Positions 1 through 13,663 are shown, counted from the first letter of the stretch. The stretch is DNA of 64,000 bases from Mobula hypostoma (GCF_963921235.1 NC_086119.1:51584001-51648000); one strand, 5' to 3'. Notes: generated by a model not told the origin, from the letters alone. Made by a program: numbers and translations.

Positions 1-1300
1 AGTGCAAAGCAATACCGTAATTTGATAAAGAACAGACCATGGGCACGGTAAAAAAGTCTCAAAGTCTCTCGAAAGTTCCATCATCTCACGCAGACGGTAG
101 AAGGAAGAGAAACTCTCTTCCTGCCATGAGCTTCCAGTGCCACAAACTTGCCGATGCAGCACCCCGACCACAGACAACTCGAGTCCGTCCGAAAACTTTG
201 AGCCTCCGACACCGAGTACCAAGCACCATCTCTGCCGAGCACTTCGACCCCAGCCCCAGCAACAGGCAACAGGCAAAGCCGAGGATCCATGGCCTTCCCC
301 TCCGGAGATTCTCGATCGCACAGTAGCAGCGGCAGCGAAGCGGGCATTTCAGAAGTTTCTCCAGATGTTCCTCCGTGCTTCTTCACGTCTGTCTCTATCA
401 AATCAGGATTGTGCGGGGCATCCTACTTCACAAATACCATACCATTTCTGGAGCGGCCGCACGCGCTGCATCACACCGCCATCTTCTCCCCTCATTTGGA
501 GGAACAGGCAGGGAATGGAGGGGATTAATTTAAACTATCATGATTTGAACAGACATTGTGGGCTGTAGGTCCTGTTATATTGTACCATTCTGAGTCAGAA
601 AGGCTCGGAGAGCTTATATATTCTTTCAGGGCAGATTTGTCCAGATCTCTTCTGTTATGAACTGAATTCGCTTAATTTGATCTAACTGGAAGGCTCAGCA
701 TCTGTTACATCCCCTGACTTTTCCAACTTCAGCCAAGGGCATTACTTCCCTTTTGCCGATGTAGTGACTCAACTACCTGGAAGCGAGTAACATGGGGAGA
801 CCTTACCAGATTAGTGCTGCAGCTTCGATGTGTGCTGAATGAAGATGAACCACTAAAGCAGTCAGTTTCATGATGAGTACTAGCTCACACTGCTGCATTC
901 ATTGCGAGGAATTGGTTTCACGGAAGGGGGAAGGTTTGGGACCTTGAAACTGCAGGGCGAGTGGCCAGGAGGTGTTGAAGAATTTGGTTTCACATTCCAT
1001 CTGCACCAAACATGATCATATCACATTTTCCACCCCACCCACCCACCCACCCAAATACTATCGACCCTACTCAGTCTGGCATCAAGAACAATGGCCATGA
1101 CAGGATTATCCTCCCAGACGGTCAATTCGAAGATTCAAACTACATTTATTATCAAAGATTGTATAAATTATACACCTTGAAATTTGTCTGCTTATAGGCA
1201 GTCAAAAGCAAGAAACTCAAATAACTCAATTTAAAAGCAAAAAAAAACACTGCACAGAGAAAAAGAAAAAAAAATCACATTGTACAAACAGTAGAAATAA

Positions 1301-1306
1301 TTTATT
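1301..1306 (-). terminator. Candidate CYB5D2 polyadenylation signal (AATAAA); a second lies at 1145-1150
   Basis: TTTATT on the plus strand about 40 nt past the stop codon, followed on the minus strand by a T/GT-rich tract. Confidence 0.5.
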
Positions 1307-1346
1307 TAATTGTTAAAACAAAATGGTTTGTGTATTGCAGACGCTG

Positions 1347-1557
1347 CTACTCCTCCACAAGGACACAAGAGTCTGAAACACTCTCACATCCTGGATATTC
1401 TGCCAAGGCAGGGTTATCCAGATCTCCTCTGTTGTGAGCTGAACTGGGTTGATTCGACGCAGGTCCGTCTGTACGCACACAAACACAGCGATAGTTCTTT
1501 GATCCCACCTTATATAATTTGCGTGGGACACCCACCCAATTCCTTTCGATTCCTCCA
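1347..1557 (-). CDS. CYB5D2: CYB5D2 coding exon 4 (last, TAG stop)
   Basis: SGGIERNWVGVPRKLYKVGSKNYRCVCV...RGDLDNPALAEYPGC...*; TAG acceptor; 211 nt; joined CDS is 831 nt. Confidence 0.96.
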
Positions 1558-2448
1558 CTAGAAAGAGAAATATTGCATTTATTCATTTTGTTTATGGTTT
1601 GTATGAGAGCTGAAACTTTTTCCTGTTCATAAGCAGTCACTCTTATCTCACTACTTCAGCCACCTTGTTTGTCCACCCTTGTCACCCCTCTGCTTTCACA
1701 TTGACCTGTACCACAAAGGCACCTGTGCTCGGTAAAGACCTTGTTGCTGCAGGGCACTTTGGAGAGTATTTAATGGAAGTTCCCTAAAAGTGGGTAGACT
1801 ATAATGGTGTGGTAAAGATGGTTAAATCTATCTGGAAACTAGGTGTTCAAGGACTATACTTCCATTTCCATTCTGCAACCTAGGCCCAGCAGAGTGCCAT
1901 TGTAATTTTCGTTTGGTAGAACTTCTATATTGAAAATAGTATGGTGGTGCAGCAGTTCGTGTGGCTGTGTTAACCAGTGACCCAGGTTCAATATAGACCT
2001 CGGCTGTAGACTGGAGTTTGCACATTCTCTCTGTATCTTGAGTTTTCCCATTATGCTCCAACTTTTTCCCATATCCAATGACATATTGGTGGGTCAACTG
2101 GCTACCGCGATATTACAGTGATTATGGTGGCTGTCAATAGAATCAAAAGGGAATTGATCAGTATGTGAGAGAATGAGTTCCAATGAAATGAGGGAGTGGA
2201 ACTGGTGTACTGGAAGTCTCCAAGGATCAGACAGGCTGATGATCTCCTGTATCACTATATCGCAAGTTATGGATGAAAATGGGGCAGTTTCATCTTGATC
2301 TCCTGCTTGTAGCTTGGGCCCATGTAGCAGATGATGGGGTCTAATCTACTCTACCTCAAAGTTTGGTTGGCAGAGTCACTCCTGAAAGGGGTTTCAGCTC
2401 TTCAGACTCCTGACATTGAAACGTTAATGAAAAGAACCGATGCCTGAC

Positions 2449-2635
2449 CTGTGAGTTGAACACCAAACTCTGCCACCTTTGGTGGAGGTCCATTCCGAAT
2501 TGCAGGGAGGAAACACCTTGTTTTCCACTTCCAACTCTGCCTTCAGTTTCCTTCCTTGCTCGGTGACCAGCTCTGCATCAATGAGCGCTTGGGTCGGTTC
2601 ACCGTTGTGGTCATAATACATTCCAGCTAGTTTGC
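2449..2635 (-). CDS. CYB5D2: CYB5D2 coding exon 3
   Basis: GKLAGMYYDHNGEPTQAL...FPPCNSEWTSTKGGRVWCSTH; pyrimidine tract + AAG acceptor, donor GTCAGG; 187 nt, phase 1/2. Confidence 0.96.
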
Positions 2636-2794
2636 CTTGGAAGAGGGAAGAAAGAAATTGCTTCTGTTATATTGTTTGACAGATGCTGAGGACAGGCAAA
2701 CCCCTGGTTATGATCACCTGACTTACAGACACCACAATAATATTGCGCTCCTGCAGCTCCTCCCATCAGAAGTCTGATGTACATGCTTCAGCTA

Positions 2795-3630
2795 AGAGTA
2801 TGGTGTGTTGGCATTCATCAGTCTTGGGACCGAGTTCAAGAGCCATGAGGTAATGTTACAGCTATATGAGACCTTGGTCAGACCCCAGTAAACAGTACTG
2901 TGTTCAGTTCTGGTCATCTCACTACAGAAAGGGTGCAGAGGAGATAAACAAGGATGTTGCCTGGATTGGAGAGCACGCCTTATGAGAATAGGTTAAGTTT
3001 CTCCTTGGAGCACTTGGAGGATGAGAGGTGACCTGATAGAGGTGTAGAAGATAATGAGAGGTATTGATCATGTGGATAGCCAGAGGCTTTTTCCCAGGGC
3101 TGAAACGGCTAGCACAGGGGGACGTAGTTTTAAGGTGCTTGGAAGTAGGTACACAGAGGATGTCAGAGGTAAGTTTTTCCAGAGTGGTGGGTGCATGGAA
3201 TGCACTGCAGGCGATGGTGGCAGATACAATAGGGTCTTTTAAGAGATTGTTAGATAGGTACATGGAGCATAGAAAAATAGAGGGCTATGCAGTCGTCAAA
3301 TCACAAACGAGGGAATCTGCAGATGTTGGAAATCCAAGCAACACACACAAAATGCTGGAGGAACTCAACAGGCCAGGCAGCAGCTGTGGAAAAAGAGTAC
3401 AGTGGACGTTTCAGGCCGAGACTCTTTGGCAGGTCTTGCTGGTATCGGCCTGAAATGTCTATTGTACTTTTTTATCGATAGACGATGCCTGACCTGTGGA
3501 GTCCCTCCAGCGTTTTCTGTGTTGCTTTGGCCATGCGGTAGGGTAATTCTAAGCAGTTTCTAGAGTAGGTTACCTGGTCAACACAGCATTGTGGGCCGAA
3601 GGGCCTGTAATATGCTGTCGATTTCTACAT
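2795..3630 (+). mobile_element. CR1 3' fragment in CYB5D2 intron 2 with a fold-back Penelope-end insertion (~3294-3528)
   Basis: MRGIDHVDSQRLFP and RVVGAWNAL; insert flanked by GGCTATGCAGT/GGCCATGCGGT. Confidence 0.85.
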
Positions 3631-5166
3631 CTGCTACTAGAAACAGAACTAGTTTCCCCTTTCCACTTTTAATGAGCATACTTTTGATGCAATTCATTCC
3701 AATATTGAAGGCAAGTTACCATCGTGACTTGTGTATTTTCTGACTTATGGACATCCAAAACTGGAGCTCATTCATTATCCGGGGCTGGCGTATAGATGCA
3801 TTAATAAGCCAATGATTGGAAAGCTGGAAATTGAGCACCAGATCAATCTAACGCCAAACAAAAATATCAACTTTCCATTTCTTTCCACAGGTGCTGCCCG
3901 ACCCACTGAGTTCCTCCAGTGTGTTGGGTGTGGTAAACAGAAAATGGCTGTCTGATATCAAATGGTCCTGTTGCATACCCCAAGTTAGGGATAGTCTATA
4001 AACGCTGGCCTCAAAGATGTCAATGAAGAAAGCAGGAATAGTTTTAATATTCAGTGCAATACATAAACAATTACCAGAATCTAAGTATTAAGAGTCAATC
4101 CGCAACCCTCACTTTCTGATCCCTACAAAACCACAGTGTCCAAGATCTTCTAGTCACAATAGGTAAGAACATTGCAAAGATTCACTAACTGTTCCATGAA
4201 GAGATTTCCCATTTCCTAATGTCAAACCCTTAATCTGAAATGGTTCTCACTAATTCCAAAATCCAAGCAAAGGAAACGTTCCTCTCAATATCTCTCCAGA
4301 CAACCAACAACATGTTTCAATGAAAGAGGGAAGGAGAACAGGAGGGGAAGGTCTGTGATGAACTGGAAAACAGGAATGGTTGAGAGATGATTAGGGATTA
4401 CTAGTACACTGGCAGTGGGGTGAGCAAAAAAACCTAAAGGCTTGTCTGGAGGTGCAAAATACTTATTCGAAATTGAACACAAAGAAATGTTAAGATTTGC
4501 TCATTATCGACAATTGTTGAACTCAGTGTAGAGTTCAGAAGTCTAATGTTCCCAATAAGAAGATGAGGAGCTGTTCTAGTGGTAATGAAACTAATGTAGT
4601 TACAAGAGACTGCAGTCCGTGCTGTTATTCTCTCCACTACTTGTTCTGCTTTGACTGTTCACAACCATTATCTTATATACACCAGGCAACACGTCCATAA
4701 ATGAAACTAACTCAAATAAAAAGAGGCAATGCTGGAAATACTCAAATGTTCAAGCAGTGTATGAGAAAAGGAAACATTAACTTTTCCGATCGATGCCCTT
4801 TTACCAAACAGTAAAACAAAAGTCTTGCAGGAGGGTGATCAGCAGAGCCTGGGGTGAAACACCGAGTAGGAAAGGCCCAAGGAAATTGAAACTGCACAAA
4901 GTTTGTTGGAAATTATCAAAGGAATGTTTATAATCTGGAATAGAAAAGCTGAGAATGTTCATTATCCAAACTGTCGAACTTCACCATCTACTTTGTAGAT
5001 CATGCCCACCGAGGCCAAGTTTTGTTCGTTAAGGTCTGTTAGAGACAGCCAACTGGAAGCTCAGGGTCACCCCAAACTGAAAACTGAACCCCCTTCAAGC
5101 AGACTACAGCAACAGCAACACATCTTTCCGGTGTTATACAACTTGCATTTCTCCCAGTGGACTTAC

Positions 5167-5307
5167 CTTTAAAAATGTACTCTCTCCTGTAAAAGGTCAG
5201 CCACTCATAGAGAGAGAGCAGTTCGGTGGGTGAGAGTCCGGACACATCATCTATGAGACCGAGCTCAGTGAAATCTCCACTCACAAATGCTCTACTGGCA
5301 TCTCGAC
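5167..5307 (-). CDS. CYB5D2: CYB5D2 coding exon 2
   Basis: [47 protein letters not shown]; acceptor CAG, donor GTAAGT; 141 nt, phase 1/1. Confidence 0.96.
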
Positions 5308-5914
5308 CTGTCGTAAACAACAGAACAAGTTCAGTGCGAGAAACAGCCCTCTTGCCCCTGATTATCAAAGTTAAAATTGAGTTTATTGTCTGGTGCACAA
5401 GTACATGTACAATGATCACAGGCCCATGCAGCATCATACAAGCAGCATTCACTACAAAAACATCAATTAAACATAAATTATACACAACTTTTGCAATGTA
5501 TCAGGTCTCTCTCCCACTGAAATGCTCTCAATTAGAACAAAAGGTGACCATTTTAGTACAAAGTGGTCATCGTGTTGATAAACTGCATTGATTAGATTAG
5601 ATTATGAGGACACGCAGTCCTCTTTTATTGTCATTTAGTAATGCATGCATTAAGAAATGATACAATTTGTTCCTCCAGAATGATATCACAGAAACACAGG
5701 ACAAACCAAGACTGAAAAACTGACAAAAACCACATAATTATAACATATAGTTACAACAGTGCAAAGCGATACCATAATTTGATGAAGAACAGACCATGGG
5801 CACGGTAAAAAAAAAAGTCTCAAAGTCCCTCGAAAGTCCCATCGCCTCACGATTAGGGTTGTGGCAGTAAGTTCAAGAAGCAAATGATCAAAGTAGCTAT
5901 TCTTCAGCCTGGTA

Positions 5915-6600
5915 GTGTGTGAAATGAGAATGGGGAATGGGGAATGGTGAAGGAAGGAGGGGTGGAAACCAAGAAATCGATGTTCATGCCATCAGGTTGG
6001 AGGCTACATGGACGGAATATAAGGTGTTGCTCCTCCATCCTGAATGTGGCCTCATCACAGTAGAGGAAGCCATGGACTGACATGTCAGAATGAGAATGGG
6101 AAGTAGAATTGAAATGGGTGGCCACCAGGAGAACCCACTTTCTCTGGTGGCTGGAGCATAGCTGCTTAGTGAAGTGGTCTTCCAATCTATGTCAGGTCTC
6201 ACCGATATACAGGAGGCCACACTGAGAGTACCAGATACAGGCCATCTCCACCAAGCACCTTAATTCCATTTCCCTCTCTCACCTTGTCTCCTTACCTGCC
6301 CATCACCTCCCTCCTGTGCTCTCCCCCCTTCCCTTTCTTCCATGACCTTCTGTCCTCTCCTATCAGATTCCCTTCATTTCCTTCACCAATTGACTTTTCA
6401 GCTCTTTACTTCACCTCTCCCAATTTCACTTATCACCTACGACCTTTCACTTCTTCCTCTCCTCCCCCCCCCCACCTTCTTACTCCGATTTATCACTTTT
6501 TTCCCCAGTCCTGATGCAGGGTCTTGGCCTGAAACGTCCAAAGTTTACTCTTGCTCAGATGCTGCCTGGCTTGCTGAGTTCCTCCAGCAGTTCGTGTGCG
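5915..6600. mobile_element. Penelope-like fragment with an internal inversion (minus ~5915-6240, plus ~6241-6600) in CYB5D2 intron 1
   Basis: Minus-strand VATHFNS..EEQHLIF..LQPDGMNI joined to a plus-strand pyrimidine tail and terminal motif. Confidence 0.8.
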
Positions 6601-6769
6601 GGATTTATCATAAGAAACGTTGAGTCTGTGCTTGTCCCCAGCAGAACAATCCCATAAGTCCTATGCCCTGAAAGGTGTGCAAGTTATTCTTGCTCCCGTG
6701 GTCCTTTCATCTTACCCATACCGAGAGACAATTTACCGTGGCCATTCGACCTACCGCCATCAGTCACAG

Positions 6770-7900
6770 GGAGACCACAGCGACGGGACTGCGGTCAGGA
6801 CTGAAGACCCGACGTGGCTGTGACTGCGCTGCGCGCCCGCGAGTTTCGCTGTGATTTTGGATTCAGGTGATCGCGTGAATCATTATTCCAATAAATTGTG
6901 TTTCTCGTTTTGAATTCTATTTGCCAATCTTTCTCCCGTATGATGGTGCCAAGCTGGAGGAGACTCGCTGGAATGTGGCGAGATACCTGACTGGATTTAC
7001 AAGCGGCTTGGTTAGGACACACCCAGCCGATGCTGCCATTGCCCGAGGCGGTGTTAACGAGCACCCGGGGAGGATAGTCCCGAAAGGTGGACAGTTCATT
7101 TCCCACCACAGGCGCTATCCGAGTTGCTCCGGCACCCTGTGACAGCCCCGAGCCGGGGGACGGGTGACCGAGGCGACACGGATCGTACCGCCGCCGGCCG
7201 GTAAACACACTCCCATGTTCCGGCACCGGTCTCTCGTTGCCCAGCGGGCGCAGAGTCAAATATCGCCGTGACGATTGCTGATTGCAGTGTCAATCGTTTG
7301 GCGACAATGAAGTGTAAAGTAAAGCCTGCTCTCCCCGGCCCACCTGTGAAGAAGTGATAGGAGCCTCCCGGGCCGTAGTGCCGTCTCCCTCGGTGCACGT
7401 CGAACACCTGGCCCAGGACAGCCAGGTACAGCCCGGGACTGCCCTTGCCGCCGGTGTAGCGGCTCAGCTCGGCCTTACTGAAGATTCGGGCGGCCGCGAC
7501 ATCGTTCACTGGGCCAACCCAGCCCGCCCAGCCGCAGCTCAGCAGCCTCCAGACATCGGCGGGCATCAGCAGGGCGGCGGCGGCACAGGCCGCGCACAGC
7601 GCCAGCGTCTGGCTCTGGGGCATCGGCATCGGCATCGGCGCTGCCCGCCGCCCGGTTACAACGCGTCTCCGCCGCTCGGCACCCAAGTTCCGGGTTCCCG
7701 GGTTGCCGTGAACGAAGAGCCCAGCCTCCCCTTGGAGCGCCAGCGTCGGGACGGCAGGCTCGCCCACACGGACATCCCGACATCGGCCGCCCGGGCCGCC
7801 CGGTAACCCGGCGAGGCGAGAGGGAAGTGATTCAGGAATACAATCGCTCTCTGGTGGGAAACACCGCCGCAGTAAGCCGGCCCTCGGCTAAAGCGTCAGT
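6770..7900. promoter_or_regulatory. CpG island over the CYB5D2 promoter, exon 1 and start of intron 1
   Basis: High GC and dense CpG relative to the CpG-depleted surroundings; GGAAGTG ETS-like site at ~7823. Confidence 0.75.
7344..7635 (-). CDS. CYB5D2: CYB5D2 (neuferricin) coding exon 1: signal/TM anchor and start of the cytochrome b5-like heme/steroid-binding domain
   Basis: Translates MPMPMPQSQTLALCAACAAAALL...RIFSKAELSRYTGGKGSPGLYLAVLGQVFDVHRGRRHYGPGGSYHFFT, a MAPR-family signature. Donor AG|GTGGG at 7343; 292 nt, phase 1. The start could be any of three ATGs (7635/7629/7623). Confidence 0.93.
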
Positions 7901-8239
7901 TCTGAAAGACAGCTCCTCTTCAGAATTACAGCTCAGAAAGTGGTTTTCATGATCAACACAAACCCAGAAAAGAAGATAGCTTAGGGACCGCGCATTGTGT
8001 GAAAGTGACACACACTCCCTTAGGGAAGTGACAATTTAGTGACTCCTGTCACTTCAGAACATCAAACACAAGGTTCACTCTTCAGTTTAAAGCGATTGTA
8101 GCGTTAACACTGCCTCATCTCCTCGGGATTGAATTTTACACGTTTGTTAAAGGACAGCTTCAGCGCAGATTTTTTCCTGAAGTGACACGACAAAAACTCG
8201 CGCTCCTCTGAAAACGCCAGTCCCAGTAAAACATCCTCT

Positions 8240-9475
8240 TTTTTTTCAAGTTCTTTCCAAAATGTTATTATTAATTTTACATCTCAGAATACAGAGTACA
8301 AGAAAAAATATATATCAATATATTATACTAAATCGCATATTTAGTATAATATACATACTCCTTACCCTATATTCGTACAAATTAATTAATTCGTAACATT
8401 GAAATATAGTAATTTTGTTATGAAAAAAATCTAACCCACTACCAAGATCGAAGCTGATTAGTAAAGAAAAAAAGAAAAAAAAGTCATCATCTGTGCTTTA
8501 AGAGCAAATCAAAGGTTTTGAAAATAATTCAAAAAAGGTCCCCACAACGTTTGAAAGTCTTGGCTAAATTCAGAGATTGAACATCAAATCTTCTCTGAAT
8601 TTAAACATGACATCACATCACATAACCATTGAGCACGAATAGGAGGAACCGCATCTTTCCATTTAAGCAAGAGCGTCCTAAGAGAAATAAAAGCCAAAAT
8701 GTACAAGTCAGATGGCTCCAAAATAATATCCTTTCCTCCAACAATACCAAATAAAGCGGCCAAAGGATTAGGCTTAAAGTTTACTTTGAAAAGTATCGAG
8801 AAAGTTTGAAATACTTCTTTCCAATATTTTCCAAGTCTTGGGCATGTCCAAAACATATGAATGAGTGAAGCTTCTCCATTATTACATTTACCACAATACA
8901 GAGATATATCCAAATAAAAACAAGACAACTTATCCTTGGTCATATGGCCCTATGGACCACTTTAAATTCAAGGAGAGAGTGGCGGGCACATAACGATGAA
9001 GTGTTAACCAATTTAAAAATTTGATTCCAAATTTCCTTAGAAATTGAAGTCTGTAAATCTTGTTCCCAAAGATTTCTAATTTTATCTAAAGGAACACTTC
9101 TCATTCCCAGCAGCATATTATAAATATTAGATATAGATCCATTATAAGATGGTTTCAAATTTTAAAAATTACATCTAGTAGATTCTTATCAGGACTTTTA
9201 GGAGATGTATTTATTTGAAACTGTAAAAATTCTCTTATTTGTAGGTGTTGAAAAAAATGAGTTTTGGGTAAAATATATTTAGTTGACAGTTGTTCAAACG
9301 AAAAGAGACTTCCCTCTACAAACAGGTCCTGAAAGCATTTAATACCTAATCTATCCCATTCTTTAAAACCCACATTAATCATAAAGGGTTTGAAAAAATG
9401 GGGCTCGAAAGAGAAAGTCTCAATAAGCCAAAGTATTTTCCGAATTGTATCCAAATTCTCATAGTGTGTTGCCTC
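8240..9475 (-). mobile_element. L1/Tx1-like LINE ORF2 C-terminal fragment with 3' UTR
   Basis: CARHSLLEFKVVHR; C..C...ASLIHMFWTCPRL..YWKEVF (Cys-rich domain); A-rich tail. Confidence 0.85.
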
Positions 9476-11562
9476 CTCCTTTTAAGGTTAGGATACTACA
9501 CGTTGTCAAGGCGATTTTGAGGACATCTTTACATCGTTTGTTCTGGAGTCTACCGATCCCTTCCTATGACAGAGTTCCCAACAGACATCCTTTCTCAGGA
9601 GTCTGGGGCATGTGAATGACTTGGCCCTGCTCATCAGAACTGACTGAGTGTAGTTTAGGCTCTCGTTTCTGGGGCGGTTGGCCTGGGAAAAGGCACTGAG
9701 GTTAGCTCAGCTATGCTTTCAGTAGATTTGGAGGGATATCATGGAACCAGTATCGGTGATCCCTCTCCTGTGCTTTGTTCAGTTGTAATGTTTACGAGAA
9801 GTTGGGATAGGTACATGGATGGGAGGGGTACGGAGGGATATGGTCTGGGTGCAAGTAGGATATCAGAAGGAGATGGGCTGAAGGGTCTGTCCCTGTGCTA
9901 CAGTACACTGTGACTCTCAAGTCAGTCCCAGCCTAGTCGCCCCGAAAAGTCCTCATGAACATCCAGGGACTGGTGTGCAGTAGGCACGTAACACAGTCAT
10001 GCTGACAGAAGCCCATCTTACAGTCCGTGTGCCAGCTTTGATCTATCACTCTGCTCCTAGACGTTTAGTAATACTGGGATGCACTGACAGTAACAGGAGC
10101 CCAGTACGTATTCGGGGAATTTCGATGTTCATCACAAAGTGTGGCCTGGTAGATCATCACTAGCGGAGTGTGTAGAGGGTAGTGAGTACACCAACAGCAG
10201 CAACAACTGTGCGAATCTACCTGTGGCAGATGCATCTGTCCACGTCAGCGCTGGTAAAAGTGACTACCACACCGTCCTTGTGGAGACAAAGTCCTGGTGA
10301 CACTCTCCACCAGGGTGTGTGTGGTTCTACTAATACAATGGCACAGAGTCAGAATCGAGGTGATAGCTCAAAGACAGACATCCGTGAGGTTCTGTGGGCC
10401 TTCAGCGCCATAAACATTCAGCACCACTATCTGCAACCCCATGGCCCAGCACATCCCTCAGATCACGGGACCTGCCTTCGTTCAGTGAGGGGTGCAGGAG
10501 GACACTAGGTACACAGAAAAATGATTAGTGCCAGCCTGCCACAGCCGCAGTACAGAACTCAGCTAAGTGTAAAATGGATTCTTCTGAGGAGCTCCAACTG
10601 GAATCTTGCTGTGCCTTTTTCAGGAGGGGCTGCATGAACTAGCCAGGGAATCTCAGGCTGGTGAAGCCCAACGTCAGTGCTGGGAAAGATCCTGGAGAGG
10701 CAGGATTCTCCTGCGCTTGGAAAAGCAAGGACTGATTAGGGAAAGTCAGCATAGCTTTGTGTGTGGAGATCATGTCTCGTGAATTTGATTTGAGTTTTTG
10801 AAGAGGTATTCAAGGTATTGATAGACGTTGTCTACATAGACTTTGGCAAGGTCTTTGACAAGATCCTGCATGGTAGGCTGAACCAAAAAGTTAGATTATA
10901 TAAGATCCAGGGAGAGCCGGGCAATTAGATACAAACGTGGCTTGGTGGGAGGAGAATGAAGTTGGGAGTTCAGGCATGTTTTTCAGGTTGGAGGCCAGTG
11001 GCGTGCTGTGGGAATTGATGCTGGGTCCACTATTGTTTGTCGTTTACATTAACGACAACATTAGTTATCATGAGGCATGGTTAGTAAGTTTGCAGATGAC
11101 ACTGAAATCAGTGATGGAATGGATAGTGAAGCAAGTTGTTTGAGATCACAACAAGAGGGAAGGTGGAGGGAGATGGAATTAATTGCTTTTTAGGAAGTTA
11201 ATTCAGGGAAGAACTTACACGGTGAAGGGCAGGGCCCCACGTAGTGTTGTGGAATAGGGGGATCAAGTACATGGTTCCCGGAGTGGTGAACAAGATGCTG
11301 AAGAAAACATTTGGCATGCTTGCCTTCATCGCCACCAGGTGTTGGGATGTCATATTACAAATGTGCAAGACGTTGGTGACACTGCCATTCTGATCGCCGA
11401 GGACTGGGAATGACACTGTTAATCTGGAGAAGATTTGCAAGGATTCTACCAGGACTGCAGGGCTTGAATTATAAGGAGAAGCTGCATAGCCTGGTGTGTA
11501 AGAGGCTGAGGTGTACCTCTGCGTACATGTACTTGTGCAAATGACAATAGACAACTTTAGAG

Positions 11563-11681
11563 CAGGAGTTCCTCACCTGGGCTCCACGGTCCCTCAATAA
11601 TGGTAGGGCTCCACAGACCCCCCAGTAGAGGGGTCCATGGACTCCCCAGTAACTGGTTGGGGTCCGTGGCATAAACCCCTG
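11563..11681. mobile_element. hAT MITE
   Basis: CAGG...CCTG ends; TSD CTTTAGAG/GTTTGGAG. Confidence 0.7.
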
Positions 11682-12276
11682 GTTTGGAGAGACAGGGGCC
11701 AAACAGAGGCAAATGAGATGAGCTCAGGAAGGAGGCGTCGCCATCATGGACTTGTTGGGCCGATGGGCCTGCTATATAACTTCATGTCTCTGTTGCAGGA
11801 GCCAGCCCTCAGTCCATCTGAGTCATTTCTGCTGTAATCAGCTGAAAGCACTGGATATAACAAAATCTATGGGACCATATGACATCCCAGCTCTACCCCG
11901 TGGAACATCTGTCCCGCTACCAATCCAAATGTTTTTAAACATTGTAATTGCATCCTTCTGCTGGCGGCTCGTTCCACTCTCTGTGTGAAGAATTTGTCCC
12001 CTGGGTCCTTTTTAAATCTTCCTCCTCTCACTTTAAATCTACATCCTTTTGGTTTTATTCTCTTTATCTTGGGAAAAGGTTGTGACTATCCACCTCATGT
12101 ATGCCCCTCATGACCATAAAGTCACCCCTTGCCTCCTACACTGAAGGGAAAGTGGCCCCAGACCATTTAGCCTCTCCTTTTAACATAAGCCCTCCAGTCC
12201 CAGCAATATCCTTGTGAATATTATCCGTCTTCATGTTATCTTTCCTATAGTTAGGTCACTAGAACTACGCACAATC

Positions 12277-13310
12277 GTCAGCAGGTGGTAAGAGTGGGCT
12301 CCCTCACCTCTGCCCCTCTGACTCTCAACACAGGAGCCCCCCAGGGCTGTGACCTAAGCCCCCTCCTGTATACCCATGACTGTGTCGCCACCCACACCTC
12401 CAATCTGCTAATTAAATTTGCTGACGACACTACACTGAATGGACTAACGGGGCAGCCTACAGAGAAGAAGTCATCACCCTGACACAGCGGTGTCAAGAAA
12501 ACAACCTCTCCCTCAATGTCACAAAAACAAAGGAGCTGGTTGTGGACTACAGGAGGAACGGAGACAGGCATCAACAGATCTGGGGTTGAGAGGGTGAACA
12601 GCTTTAAGTTCCTTGGCGTACACATCACAGAGGACCTCGTGGTCTGTACATACCGGCTGTGTGGTCAGGAAAGCACAACAGCTCCTCTTTCACCTTAGGC
12701 TGCTGAAGAAGTTTGGTATGGGCCCCAAGTTCTAAGGATTTTCTACAGGGGCACAATTGAGAGCATCCTGACTGGCAGCATCAGTGCCTGGTATGGGAAC
12801 TATACTTCCCTCAATCGCAGGACTCTGCAGGGAGTGGTGCGGACAGCCCAGCGCATCTGTAGATGTGAACGTCCCACTATTCAAGACATTTACAAAGACA
12901 GGTGTGTAAAAAGGGCCCGAAGGATCATTGGAGCCCAAGTCACCCCAACCACAAACCGTTCAAGCTGCTGCCATCCGGGAAACGGTACCGCAGCATAAAA
13001 GCCAGGATCAACAGGTTCCAGGACAGTAAGGATGGTAACAACAATCCCACCACGATTATTGTGTTACCCCACAAGGCTGCACCCTCAGCCCCGTATGCTG
13101 CTCACAACTGTGTGGCCAGAGTCTGCTCTAGGTTTGCAGATGACATCACTGTATCTCAAACAGCGACGTGACAGAGACTCTGCTACATGGTGTCATGACA
13201 GCAACGTCAACATCAGCAAAACAAAGAGCTGGTCATGGACTTCAGGAAGGGGGGCAGTGCACATGCTCCAATGTCGAGACGGTTGACAGCTTTGACCCTC
13301 TCGACCTTGG
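12277..13310 (+). mobile_element. Rex1/Babar-like LINE fragments
   Basis: NTGAPQGC.LSPLLY..HDC; IKFADDTT; FKFLGVHIT; LLPSGKRYRS. Confidence 0.85.
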
Positions 13311-13314
13311 TGCA

Positions 13315-13663
13315 TGTGGCCGACATTGTCTGTAGATCAGGACGTGTGACAGACATTGTCTGTAGATCAGGACGTGTGACAGACATTGTCTGTAGATCAG
13401 GACGTGTGACAGACATTGTCTGTAGATCAGGAAGTGTGGCCGACATTGTCTGTAGATCAGGAAGTGTGGCCGACATTGTCTGTAGATCAGGACGTGTGAC
13501 AGACATTGTCTGTAGATCAGGACGTGTGACAGACATTGTCTGTAGATCAGGACGAGTGAGGGATATTGTCTGTAGATCAGGACGTGTGACAGACATTGTC
13601 TGTAGATCAGGACGAGTGAGGGATATTGTCTGTAGATCAGGACGTGTGATGGACATTGTCTGT
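13315..13663 (+). repeat. 30-bp minisatellite, about 11.5 copies
   Basis: Unit GTGTGACAGACATTGTCTGTAGATCAGGAC. Confidence 0.98.

Noticed and set aside
39-568. Several overlapping ORFs at the window start (and at 40159-40711)
   Set aside because: They lie within a repeated non-coding retroposon, and the frames differ between copies
800-1010. Possible extra minus-strand exon (GTAAGG donor at ~801-806)
   Set aside because: No recognisable coding frame, and it lies beyond the CYB5D2 stop and poly(A) signals
7096-7767. 223-aa ORF taken as the whole CYB5D2 protein
   Set aside because: It starts at a GTG and reads through the donor at 7343 into intron 1; only 7635-7344 resembles CYB5D2
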